DNA from: an uncultured Gammaproteobacteria bacterium
Lineage (GTDB): Bacteria > Pseudomonadota > Gammaproteobacteria > CAWCPV01
Assembly: GCA_963797555.1 (NCBI GenBank)
Contig: CAWCPV010000004.1
Location: forward strand, 544,001-608,000
Direction of reading: 5' to 3'
DNA: 64,000 bases
Part shown: piece after piece, positions 1 through 10,461 of the stretch
Layout of the letters: every line of letters begins with the position of its first letter
How positions within the stretch are numbered: the first letter of the stretch is position 1
The notes under the pieces: model-generated
Seen by the model: only the letters and a program-made list of their open reading frames with translations
The model's database searches: none
What the model was told of the DNA's origin: nothing
Program-made: the position numbers and the translations under genes

Positions 1-2533
1 CATGCGGCGGAACAGGGCAGCCGGCCCACGGTGCTCGTATACCGGCGCACCGAGGTGCCGAACGTGAGCCTCGACGATCCCCAACGAGACGAGAAGGTAC
101 GTCAGTACGAGGCCGTGAACGCATTCTTCGCCTCCTTCCGTCACCCCGACGGCTCGATTCGCTGGAGCCACGAGACCTACGAGCACCCCAGCGAATTCGC
201 GGAGCGGCTGGAGCGGGAGCTGCGCGAGCTGGTGGTGTCCCTGCTCCCGAAGCAGCCCGAGCCGCAGTCCTCCGGCCAGGACGACCGGCAGCCGACCTCG
301 GCCGCTGAGCGCGAGGTGATCTGGCAGGGCAACCCGTACCGCGGGCTGGAGCCCTTCCGACTGGAGCACAGCCCCGTGTTCTTCGGCCGCGGCCCCGAGA
401 CCGATGCGTTGCTCCAAACAATCGGCGCGAAAGGGGCTCGCTTCGTCGCCGTGGTCGGCCCCTCCGGCTCGGGGAAGTCCTCCCTGGTCTCGGCCGGGCT
501 CCTGCCGCGGCTCGAAGGCGGCGCGCTGGCGGGAAGCCGGGAGTGGGTCCACGTGCGGTGCACGCCCGCCGAGGCCGGCGGAAACCCGTTCCAGGCGCTG
601 GTGCAGCGCCTCGCGCCGCGCATGGGGGAGCGACCGCAGGAGCCTGGCAAAGACCCGCTCGAGCGGCTGGCGTCCGAGCCGACAGCCATCGCAGAGGTCG
701 CGGATCGGGTGCTCGCCAAGCGGCCGGCTTCGGCGGAGCTGCTGCTGTTCGTCGATCAGTTCGAGGAGCTGTTCGCGCGGGTGCCGGAGCCGTACCGCGG
801 ACCCTTCGTGGCGCTGGTCGACGCCGCCGCGGCATCGGATCGGATACGTGTGGTGCTCACGCTGCGCGCCGATTACTACGAGCACTGTACCCGGTTCGAG
901 CGGTTGGCCGAACGGCTGCGGACCGGGAGCTTCCCCTTGGCGACTCCCGGCGAGCGCGCACTCGCCGCCATGGTCGAACGCCCGGCCCGCGCGGCCGGCC
1001 TCGAGCTGGAGCTGGGGTTGGTGGAGCGCATCCTGAAGGACACCGGTACCGAGCCCGGGGTTCTCGCCCTCATGGAGTTCACCCTCGAACGGCTCTACGA
1101 CGCGGGCGATGACCACCGCCTCACATTGCGTGCCTACGACGCCATCGAGGGCGTCGCCGGGGCCGTGGAGATTCAGGGCGAGCGGGCCGTTCACGACGAA
1201 CAGGGCCAGGTGAACGAGACCGCCCTCGGGCGCGTATTCCGAGCGCTGGCGGAGGTGGACGAGGCGGGCGGCGCGGTCCGCAAGCGCGCCCCGCTCGCGG
1301 CGTTCTCTCCGGTCGAAGGTGCGCTCGTCGAGCGTCTGGTCAAGGCGCGGCTGCTGGTGACGGATACCGACGACAACGGACGAGCGTTCGTCGAGGTGGC
1401 GCACGAGGCGGTCCTGCGGCACTGGCGCAGGTTTCGCGAGTGGCTGAAGGAGAACCGCGGCTTCGAGCTCTGGCGCAAGAAGCTCGAGGTCTGGCGGGAC
1501 AGCGGGACGCCGCTCAGGGACCCGCCTCTCGCAGAAGCCAAGGGGTGGCTCGAACAGCGCAAGGACGACCTGGAGCCGGCCGAGCGGGATTACATCCGGA
1601 AAAGCTCCGACGCCGCCCGGCGCCGATCCCGGGTGCTCCGGTCGGCAGCAGTGGCGATCGTGGTCCTGCTGTCCGCCTTGAGTGTCTGGCAGTATTTCAA
1701 GCTGGAGGCGGAGCGCGAGCGCCGCCGCCCCATCCTTCGGGAAGACGCGTGGGTTCCCATCCAGCCCGGCGAGTTCCAGATGGGCTCTGCAGCGGATGAC
1801 GACGAAGCCGCTACAGACGAGCGACCGCGGCGTCGCGGCCAGGATCGCGAAGCCCTTCAAGCTCTCACGCTACGAGGTCACTTTCGAGGAGTACGACCGA
1901 TTCGCCTATGCCACCGGACGGCGGCCCCCGAGCGACAGCGGGTTCGGCGCGCAGCTCAACGAAGACCAGCGCAAGCGCATGCCCGTGATCAACGTCTCGT
2001 GGAAGGACGCACGGGCCTACGCCGAATGGCTGTCGAAGGAGACCGGCCGGCGGTACCGGCTGCCCACCGAGGCGGAGTGGGAATATGCGGCTCGAGCGGG
2101 TACCACCGGAAGCCGGTTCTGGGGCGACGACCTTTCCGAAGCTTGCAAGTATGCGAACGTCTTCGACAGCCGCAACGCCGCGTATTTGAAGAGCAAGTAT
2201 CCGTCGATCACCTGGGAAAACTTTCCGTGCGGAGATGCCTACCCGGAGACGGCCCCGGTGGGCTCCTTCCACCCCAATCGCTGGGGCCTTGACGACATGC
2301 TGGGCAACGTCTGGGAGTGGGTCGAGGACTGCTATCACGACAGCTACGAAGGCGCGCCAGACGACGGCTCCGCATGGCGGGAGGCGAACGGCGGCAACTG
2401 CGGCCGGCGTGTGGTCCGCGGTGGTTCCTGGTACAACGGACCGAGGAACCTCCGCTCGGCGGGCCGCATCAGGGCCGACGCCGTTGACCGGGACGACAAT
2501 CTCGGTTTTCGTCTCGCCCAGGACCTGCAGTAG
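1..2533 (+). CDS. STAND (nSTAND1-type) NTPase + TM helix + C-terminal FGE-sulfatase/C-type lectin-fold domain; likely 5'-truncated by the window edge, frameshift near 1830
   Basis: NPYRGL..F, FFGR, Walker A GPSGSGKSS, Walker B LLLFVDQFEELF, VEVAHEA; TM AAVAIVVLLSALSVW; second frame (1682..2533) has YEVTFEEY, PVINVSW, RLPTEAEWEYAARAG, DMLGNVWEW, RGGSW, GFRLA. Confidence 0.9.
2411..2533 (+). other. Putative DGR variable region (VR) at the C-terminus of the FGE/CLec domain
   Basis: Codons between RGGSW and GFR are mostly NNC (TAC AAC GGC ATC GCC GAC GCC GAC GAC GAC), as expected from A-mutagenised AAC codons; followed by a pyrimidine tract and GC-rich inverted repeats. Confidence 0.5.
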
Positions 2534-2736
2534 TGCCCCTCTGCTCTTTGCGCTTTTACCCTTTGCCGCGGGCCGCGAGGCACGCGGTCGGCGCGTGAGA
2601 ACGACCGTCGGTACGGCCGCTTTACCGCCAAGAGCAGCCCGAGCCGTCCTGCCTGCCGATTTTCATGGCCTTCCATGCGCGGCTTCTGCGGAAAATGGCA
2701 CTAAACTGAGATAGTATGGGGTTCGGAGGTGCCGTG

Positions 2737-4062
2737 ATGCTTATAGAGTTCCGCGTCGAGAATCACCGTTCCATCCGGGACGAGCAGGCGCTCACCATGG
2801 AAGCGGGGCGAGTCGGTGACGAGATGGATCCCCGGCCGCGAAGCGTCAAAGGGCAGCCGGTGCGCCTGCTCCCGGTCGCCGCGCTGTACGGAGCCAACGC
2901 GAGCGGCAAGAGCAATCTACTCGGGGCACTCAGCTTCATGCGGGATGCGGTCATACAGTCCCACCGCGCTTGGCCACCTGAGGGCGGCGTTCCGCGGGAG
3001 CCGTTCGCCTGGGGCGCCAAGGCGACTGAGCCGTCGCTCTTCGAGGTAACGGTCTTGGTGGACGGCGTACGTTACCAGTACGGATTCGTCGTGGACGACC
3101 AGCGCTTCCTCGAGGAGTGGCTTTACGCGTGGCCCATCGGGCGCAAACAAACTTGGTTCGAACGAGAGAGCGACGACTTCACATTTGGCGAACACCTACT
3201 CGGTGAGAACCGCCTGGTCAAGCAGATTACGCGCTCCAATGCGCTTTTCCTGTCTGCCGCAGTGCAACACCGGCACGAGCAACTCGCCCCACTCTACCGG
3301 TGGTTCCGGACGCTGCATACGGTGAATATTGGCAGAAGGCGTCGCCTAATGCCGGGCATGCCGCCGGACCGCTGGGTCTGGCGAAGTCTCGATGCATCGC
3401 TCGGTTACGGCCCCCAACAGGTTGCTTTGTTCGATGAAGCAGATCCGGACGATCAACGCACCGAACCCCTGCGGGAATCCTTCCGCGAGCTTCTCCGCGC
3501 TGCCGACATTGGGATCGTGGACGTGAAGCTTGAAGAGGACCACGGGGAGACCCGTCGCGCAAGCGGTCTGAGGGGGGATTCTCGGGTCCGGCTGCTGTTG
3601 CGCCACCAGAGCAGCGAAGACGACGCTTGGCTTCCACTCGAGGAAGAGTCGCAAGGAACTCTCCGCCTGTTTCGGATCGGGCCGGTTCTGTTGGATACCC
3701 TCCGTAGTGGAGGTATGCTCCTTATCGATGAACTCGAAGCTAGTCTCCATCCCTTGCTCGCCCTTGAGATCGTTCGTCAGTTCAACGACCCTGCCAGGAA
3801 TCCGCGCAACGCACAGCTTGTCTTTACAACCCACGACACCAACTTACTCGGGACGGTAACTGGCAGTCCGCCGCTGCGGCGCGACCAGATTTGGCTCACC
3901 GAAAAGGACCACGAAGGGGCCACCTGCCTGTACCCTTTGACGGATTACAAACCCCGCAAGGCCGAGAACTTAGAACGCGGTTACCTTCAGGGTCGCTACG
4001 GTGCGATCCCCTTCTTAGGAGATTTGGCGAAGATCGGGGGATTACCGGCTAGTGGCGAGTAA
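2737..4062 (+). CDS. AAA_21/ABC-type ATPase (RloA/AbiLi-like)
   Basis: MLIEFRVENHRSI start, Walker A YGANASGKSN, signature ESQGT, Walker B LIDELEASLHP, QLVFTTH, YLQGRYGAIP; GGAGG RBS at 2725. Confidence 0.9.
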   Translation: MLIEFRVENHRSIRDEQALTMEAGRVGDEMDPRPRSVKGQPVRLLPVAALYGANASGKSNLLGALSFMRDAVIQSHRAWPPEGGVPREPFAWGAKATEPSLFEVTVLVDGVRYQYGFVVDDQRFLEEWLYAWPIGRKQTWFERESDDFTFGEHLLGENRLVKQITRSNALFLSAAVQHRHEQLAPLYRWFRTLHTVNIGRRRRLMPGMPPDRWVWRSLDASLGYGPQQVALFDEADPDDQRTEPLRESFRELLRAADIGIVDVKLEEDHGETRRASGLRGDSRVRLLLRHQSSEDDAWLPLEEESQGTLRLFRIGPVLLDTLRSGGMLLIDELEASLHPLLALEIVRQFNDPARNPRNAQLVFTTHDTNLLGTVTGSPPLRRDQIWLTEKDHEGATCLYPLTDYKPRKAENLERGYLQGRYGAIPFLGDLAKIGGLPASGE

Positions 4063-4689
4063 GCGCCGCAACCGCCCCCGGCGCCGGGCGCGTGCCGCAG
4101 CGCGCAAGCATCCGAACCGCCGCCTGCTGATCGTGTGCGAGGGCAAGGTCACCGAGCCGACCTATTTCCGCGGCTTCGAGCGATGGATGCGGAACACCAC
4201 GGTCGAGATTGAAATCCCCGATGAGCAAGGCGTGCCGCTGACTCTCGTACGCCAAGCCGAGGAGCGGAAGCTGCGGGCGGAGAGCGACGCACAGCGCACT
4301 GGCGACGCTTTTCTCGCCTATGACGAGATCTGGTGCGTGTTCGACGTCGACGAACACCCGAACCTGAACGATGCCTCCCAACTTGCAGCCGCCAGGCACA
4401 TCGAGCTGGCAGTCTCCAACCCCTGTTTCGAGCTGTGGCTACCGCTGCACTTCCGAGAGAGTCCGGGCGCCCTGCACCGCCGCGACCTGCAGCGGATGCT
4501 CGGCAATTCGTTGCTGGGTGCGACAAGCACCTCGAGTTCGATTCGTTCGTGCCCGGCATCCAGGATGCTACGGAAAGAGCCCGGAGGCTGGACGACGAGG
4601 CCAATAATGAAGGCGAGCCCGGCCGCAATCCTACCACTGGCGTTTTCCGGTTGACCGAATCCATCGCATGCAGGGACGACGAGGCATAA
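4052..4689 (+). CDS. RloB-family (TOPRIM-like, AbiLii-like) protein; frameshift near 4505
   Basis: LIVCEGKVTEPTYF, WCVFDVD, SNPCFELW; C-terminal NPTTGVFRL lies in a second frame; overlaps the ATPase stop. Confidence 0.85.
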
Positions 4690-5059
4690 ACGCCTTCGCG
4701 CCGCTGGCCATTCGGCTGCAGACCGGTGTCGGACCGATTGCGTCTCCGCGTAAAGTTGTCTGCCTTTGGGCCGGTGATGCGTCCTAGCCACCAGGGTCCA
4801 ATGTCTCATGTACTGCCTGCGCCGCTCGCGCTCCTGGACCGGCGGCAACCCCGGCGCCTTCTTATGCCGGTTCGGCCCGCCTCGGGCGCTCAAAACCCGC
4901 CCGCGGGCCTGTCCGACTGCGCCCAGTCCCCCGAACCTCCCCCGACGTTGACCGGTCGGCACGCACGGACTACGCTTCCTCTACGCCAGAGGCGGTTGGG
5001 TATCCTGTCCTCTGCTAGAACGAAGACCCTTGAAGGGATTTGAAGGGAGGAAGGAAGAA

Positions 5060-7574
5060 ATGACCGCGAGGAGACTGGGCCTTCCGGTAGTCGTCTTTGG
5101 GTTGGGGGCAATCATCTTTGCGTGCAGCACGCTCGTTCGCCACGGACCGACCTGCGGCAGCGGCGCGGGACTGGTGAAAGACGAGGCCCTGTGCGTCGGG
5201 CGGAAAGCGGAAAGCTTTCCGGCTGCGGACGAGGATTACTTCCGGGACATGGACTACGGGGTGACCCAGCGTCCGGAGCAGGTCGCCGCCGCGCTCGATC
5301 CCAACCTTCCGGGGATCTCACCGCACGACGCGGTGAGTGCGGTCGTCAAGGGGCGCAACAACTGGATCGTCTGGACCGGGGGTGACGACCGTCTGTGGGA
5401 CGTTCCTGACGACCAAGACCGTCGGCAATCTGGACTTCCTGAAGACGCTCTCGAACCACCCCAGTCTCAATTACAGCCGCGACAACCGCTGGCGTTATCT
5501 CGGCCTGGTCAACGAGCCGTGCTTCCGCAAGGCGACGGGACCGCGAAAGGATCGCTACGGTCTCTGGCTCGACGAGCGTGCGGAAGGCTGTGCGCCGGAC
5601 CCGTTCGAGAACGAGCAAAAGTATCCGGGGGTGGGGATCGGCGCCCGGGGCAAGAACATCCCCGTCGGCTCCTATTACGGCTATGCGAGCGGAATCGTGG
5701 GGCTGCGGCTGTTCCCCAACCCCGACTTCGACGAGGCGGCCGAAAAACGCTGGGACCCCGTGCGTTACTACGAGGATCCGAGCTATTACAACGACAAGAG
5801 CCTGGTTCGTCCCTACCGGGTGGGCATGTCCTGCGCCTTCTGCCACGTCGGACCGAATCCGGCCAACCCGCCCAAGGACCCTGAGAACCCCAAGTGGGAG
5901 AACCTCAATTCCAACGTCGGCGCCCAGTATTTCTGGGTGGACCGGATCTTTGTGTGGAACGTCGACGAGTCGAGCTTCCCCTATCAGCTCTTCCACACCT
6001 CCCGCCCGGGCGCCCTGGACACGTCATTCGTCTCCACCGACTACATGAACAACCCGCGGACGATGAACGCGGTTTACGCGCTCGGAGCCCGCATGGCCAT
6101 CGCCAGACGGCTGGGCAAGGAGCGTCTGGCGGGCGGTGAGCTGAACAATGAGCAGCTCAACCCGTACGTCCCCGCGGGCAGCCCGCTCGCCAAGTTCTAC
6201 GAGGCGCCGGATGCGGTCTGGACGCCGCGGGTCCTAAAGGACGGCTCGGATTCCGTCGGGGCGCTCGGGGCGCTGAACCGGGTCTTCGTGAATATCGGCC
6301 TGTTCAGCGAAGAATGGCTGGAGCACTTCATCCCGCTGGTCGGGGGTACCGGTTTTACGCCATTTCCGATCGCCACCGCCGACAAGAACTCGAGCTTCTG
6401 GAGGGCCACCGAGGCGCAGACCCCCGACGTTGCGCTGTTCTTCCTCGCGACCGGTCAGCCGGATTACCTCAGCAACGCGCCTGGCGGACAAGCATACCTG
6501 ACGGCCGACCGCAGAACACTGACCCGCGGAAAGGTGGTCTTCGCGGAGCGCTGCGCCCGCTGCCATTCGAGCAAGCTGCCCGAAAAGGCGTTCCGCTTCT
6601 TCCCGGACGACGGCTGCGTGGGACCCGGCTATCTCAAGTGCTGGAGCGACTACTGGACGTGGACCAAGAGCGCGGACTTCAAGCGCGAGATGCGGAGAAT
6701 CGTGCTCGCGGACGACTTCCTGCACGACAACTTCCTGTCCACCGACCTGCGCGTGCCGGTCACCCTGCTGGAGACGAACGCCTGCTCCTCGCTGGCGACC
6801 AATGCGTTGGCCGGGGACATCTGGGACAACTTCTCCTCCCAGTCCTACAAGGCGCTGCCCTCCGTCGGCAAGATCATGGTGCATCACCCGATCACCGGGG
6901 AGCCGCGCGAATACACCATGCCGGCGGGCGGCCGGGGCTACATCCGTCCCCCATCCCTTATCAGCGTGTGGTCGACCGCGCCGTTTCTCCTCAACAACAG
7001 CCTGGGCGACTTCTACTGGTCGGGGTCGGTCGCGGACCGGATGAAGTCCTTCGACAGCGGCATCGAGCAGCTCCTGTGGCCGGAGCGACGCAAAGGCAGC
7101 CGGCGGTACATGACGGCCTCGGGCAAGACCGTTCCCGGCATCGTCGACGTGACGACCGCAACCAGTTACCTGCGGGTGCCCACCGGCTATCTTCCCGATT
7201 TCCTGCAACCCCTCGTGGGTCCGTTGAGTACCGTCAAGCCCTGGCTGTTCGGACAGGAAGGCATCGAGATCGGCCCGATACCGAAGGGCACGCCGATCAA
7301 TCTCCTGTCCAACATCGATCTGGAGCGCAAGCCCGAAGTCATCGACGTGCTTCTCAAGGCCAAGAGAGAGCTCAAGGCGCTGCCGCGGGACGCCACTGAC
7401 GCGCAGGCGCGCCAGGCCTTCGCCGACCTGGTCGATCCGCTCGTCGCCGTCAGCAAGTGCCCGGACTATGTCGTGAATCGGGGCCACTACTTCGGCACCG
7501 ATTACTTCAAGGAGGAGCCCGGCCTCGGCGACGCGGACAAGCGGGCCTTGATCGAGTTTCTGAAGACGATGTAG
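5060..7574 (+). CDS. Large exported diheme cytochrome c (RoxA/MauG-like superfamily); frameshift near 5400
   Basis: Signal/lipoprotein-like N-terminus; CAFCH and CARCH heme motifs; PPSLISVWSTAPFLLNNS; C-terminal DKRALIEFLKTM similar to the downstream paralogues. Confidence 0.75.
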
Positions 7575-7645
7575 GCGGCTTCCGGCAGCGGAGCACTCGA
7601 TGCCGACGCCTGCCGATTGACTGCACCCGTCCCGTCTTCCGGGCC

Positions 7646-9646
7646 ATGCGCAAGACAACCCTTTCCGCCGACCGTGGAGTGTCCCGACGCCGCTTCCTCG
7701 AAGTCTGCGCCGCGTGCGCCTCGGGGGCGGCCGCGCTGCTCGGCGGATGTGCGCGGCTCCTGACGCCCGACTGGGCTTCGCGGCCGTTCCCCACGTTGAC
7801 CTGCTCCCCTGCCGGGGGTGGGGAGGAATTCGACTACATCGTCGTCGGATCCGGCGCCGGCGGGGGTCCGCTGGCCGCCCGGCTGGCGCTGGCCGGTTTC
7901 CGTGTGCTCCTCCTGGAGGCGGGCGGCGAGGACGAGCCGTACAACTATCAGGTGCCCGCCTTCCATCCCAGGGCCTCGGAAGACAAGCGCCTGGCGTGGA
8001 GCTTCTTCGTGCGCCACTACGCATCCGATGCCCAGCAGGCGCGGGACGAAAAGTTCGTTCCGCAAGAGAACGGAGTGCTCTATCCGCGCGCGGCCACGGT
8101 GGGGGGATGCACGGCGCACAATGCCATGATCATCATCTATCCCCACAACAGCGATTGGGACTACATCGCCGAGATAACCGGGGACGCCTCCTGGAGCGCG
8201 GACAACATGCGGCCGTATTTCGAGCGCCTCGAGCGTTGCGAGTACGTGGCCAGCAGCGACACGGAGAGCCGTCACGGCTTCAAGGGGTGGCTGGCGACCA
8301 ACGTGGCAGATCCGTACCTCATGGTCCGCGACAAGTTCCTGCTGACGCTGGTGGGGGCGGCGCTGAAGGAATCGTTCGTCACCCTGGGCCGACCGGTCAC
8401 CCAGGTGTGGATGAAGCTGCGCAGCCACTTCGACCCCAACGATTGGCGGCTCGTCGAGGAAAGCGCCGAGGGCGTCTGCCTGACGCCCCTGTCCACCGAC
8501 GGGGGCAAGCGCACGGGGAGCCGGGAATTCCTCCGCCATGCTCGGCAGGCGTGCCCCGATAGCCTGGTAATCCGGACCCATGCCCTCGCCACCCGGGTCC
8601 TGCTGGACGACGACAACCGTGCGAAGGGGGTGGAGTACCTCGCAGGCGCCCATCTGTACGCGGCCGACCCCAGCTTCACGCAAGGCGCATCCGCCGGGAC
8701 CGAGACCGCAGCGGCGCGGCGGGAGGTTATCCTGTGCGGCGGGGCATTCAATACCCCGCAACTATTGAAGCTCTCCGGAATAGGACCCAGGGCCGAGCTG
8801 ACGGCCCAGGGCATCGTGCCGCGCGTCGACCTGCCCGGCGTCGGGGAGAATCTCCAGGACCGTTACGAGGTGTCCGTCGTCACCAAGATGAAGGGCAAGT
8901 TCTCCTCCATCGAGGGCATGACGTTTCGAGCCCCGGAAGCCGGGGAGGAGCCCGACCCGCAGTTTCGCGAGTGGCTCCAAGGCAAGGGTCCCTATACGAC
9001 GAACGGAGCGGTCGTGTCCCTGATCAAGCGCTCCTTCCCGGACCGCCCGGAGCCGGACCTCTTCATCTTCGGGCTGACCGGGTTCTTCAAGGGCTACTAT
9101 CCGGGCTACTCGGAAGCGATCGCGAGGGGTCAGGACTACTTTACGTGGGCGGTGCTCAAGGCCCACACCAACAACAGGGCGGGACGGGTCACCTTGCGCT
9201 CCAATGACCCGCGGCAGGTGCCGGACATCGACTTCCACTATTTCGATGAAGGCATGGACCCCTCGGAGGACCTGGACTCCGTCGTCGCCGGGGTGCAGAC
9301 GGTGCGCCGTATCACCGAGCGCTGCCGGGAGGTCATCGAGGAGGAGATCCTGCCCGGGCCGAGCGTCGAGACCCCCGAAGCGATCCGCAAGTTCGTCCGA
9401 GACAACGCCTGGGGCCACCATGCGTCTTGCACTTGCAAGATGGGGCCGGCCACGGACCCTCTGGCGGTCGTGGACAGCCGCTTTCGCGTGTATGGGACAC
9501 GGAACCTGCGGGTGGTGGATGCCTCGGTCTTCCCCAAGATTCCCGGATTCTTCATCGTGTCTGCGGTGTACATGATCAGCGAGAAGGCCAGCGACGTGAT
9601 CATCGAGGACGCAAGGGCGCGCTCCGGCGCCCAAGCGCACACGTGA
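7646..9646 (+). CDS. GMC family FAD oxidoreductase with Tat signal
   Basis: SRRRFL twin-arginine motif, DYIVVGSGAGG FAD motif, GGCTAHNAM, GGAFNTPQLLKLSGIG, GVGENLQDR, HHASCTCKMG, VVDASVFP. Confidence 0.93.
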   Translation: MRKTTLSADRGVSRRRFLEVCAACASGAAALLGGCARLLTPDWASRPFPTLTCSPAGGGEEFDYIVVGSGAGGGPLAARLALAGFRVLLLEAGGEDEPYNYQVPAFHPRASEDKRLAWSFFVRHYASDAQQARDEKFVPQENGVLYPRAATVGGCTAHNAMIIIYPHNSDWDYIAEITGDASWSADNMRPYFERLERCEYVASSDTESRHGFKGWLATNVADPYLMVRDKFLLTLVGAALKESFVTLGRPVTQVWMKLRSHFDPNDWRLVEESAEGVCLTPLSTDGGKRTGSREFLRHARQACPDSLVIRTHALATRVLLDDDNRAKGVEYLAGAHLYAADPSFTQGASAGTETAAARREVILCGGAFNTPQLLKLSGIGPRAELTAQGIVPRVDLPGVGENLQDRYEVSVVTKMKGKFSSIEGMTFRAPEAGEEPDPQFREWLQGKGPYTTNGAVVSLIKRSFPDRPEPDLFIFGLTGFFKGYYPGYSEAIARGQDYFTWAVLKAHTNNRAGRVTLRSNDPRQVPDIDFHYFDEGMDPSEDLDSVVAGVQTVRRITERCREVIEEEILPGPSVETPEAIRKFVRDNAWGHHASCTCKMGPATDPLAVVDSRFRVYGTRNLRVVDASVFPKIPGFFIVSAVYMISEKASDVIIEDARARSGAQAHT

Positions 9647-9737
9647 CTGGGCGCCAGTCGAAAACCCGGCCGTTTCTCCGAGGCGAGACACGGAGAGACG
9701 GCACCAGTCGGCCCCAACGGCCGCGGAGGCGTAAGCC

Positions 9738-10337
9738 ATGAGCACGATTCCCACGGCGGGTAGCGGCCCGGCCGAGTCGGTCGATCCGGTCCGTGCGGCG
9801 AGGGATCTCGTCGGACGAGACCGCAGCGCCGGTCTTGCGGCCCTGAACCGGCTGTTCCGGGGCGGGCGGGTCCCGGATCCGCCGCCGGACGGCCCTTACG
9901 ACGGCCAGCTCGTGGCGGTCGACCTTGCGCCGGGACTCAGCCAGCTCGTGGAGTGGCTCGCCTCGCTCTGGATGCCCTGGAAAGGCAAGTTCCTGATCCA
10001 GGCGCAGAGCAAGGGGGACAACATCTTCGCCCGCAGCTCACGGACGGCGCTGCGCATCCTGTTTCCCTTCTACCGGGGGATGGCCGACTACGAGCCGGAG
10101 ACGTTCCGCGCCTTCGTCTTCCAGACCTCGGTCGATGCCGGCATGGCGGATCGGGACCGTCAGGTGTTCAGGATCGATTACGACCGCCCGGACAATCCGG
10201 GCCTTTCGATCCGGCGCATCGTCGACGAGATCGTCCAGGTGGAGGACGGCCTGTATCTCGGCAAGATCCACTTCAGGTGGTGGTGCGGCCGCTGGGGGAT
10301 GATCGGCTACTTCGTCCTGCGCCGACGCCCCATCTGA
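9738..10337 (+). CDS. Conserved hypothetical protein of the GMC/cytochrome operon
   Basis: GGAGG RBS, operon position, PWKGK and IDYD..DNP..IRRIVDEIVQV..GLYLGK motifs. Confidence 0.65.
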   Translation: MSTIPTAGSGPAESVDPVRAARDLVGRDRSAGLAALNRLFRGGRVPDPPPDGPYDGQLVAVDLAPGLSQLVEWLASLWMPWKGKFLIQAQSKGDNIFARSSRTALRILFPFYRGMADYEPETFRAFVFQTSVDAGMADRDRQVFRIDYDRPDNPGLSIRRIVDEIVQVEDGLYLGKIHFRWWCGRWGMIGYFVLRRRPI

Positions 10338-10461
10338 GTGGACTGCGGCTCTTCTGGGCGAAGGCGTTGGGAATTGGGCGGGATGGGCGCGGCCCTGCGG
10401 ATGAGCGCCGCAGGCGTTCGAGCACCCGCCCTGTTGCGCGGTGTCGTGAAGGAGACTAGCG

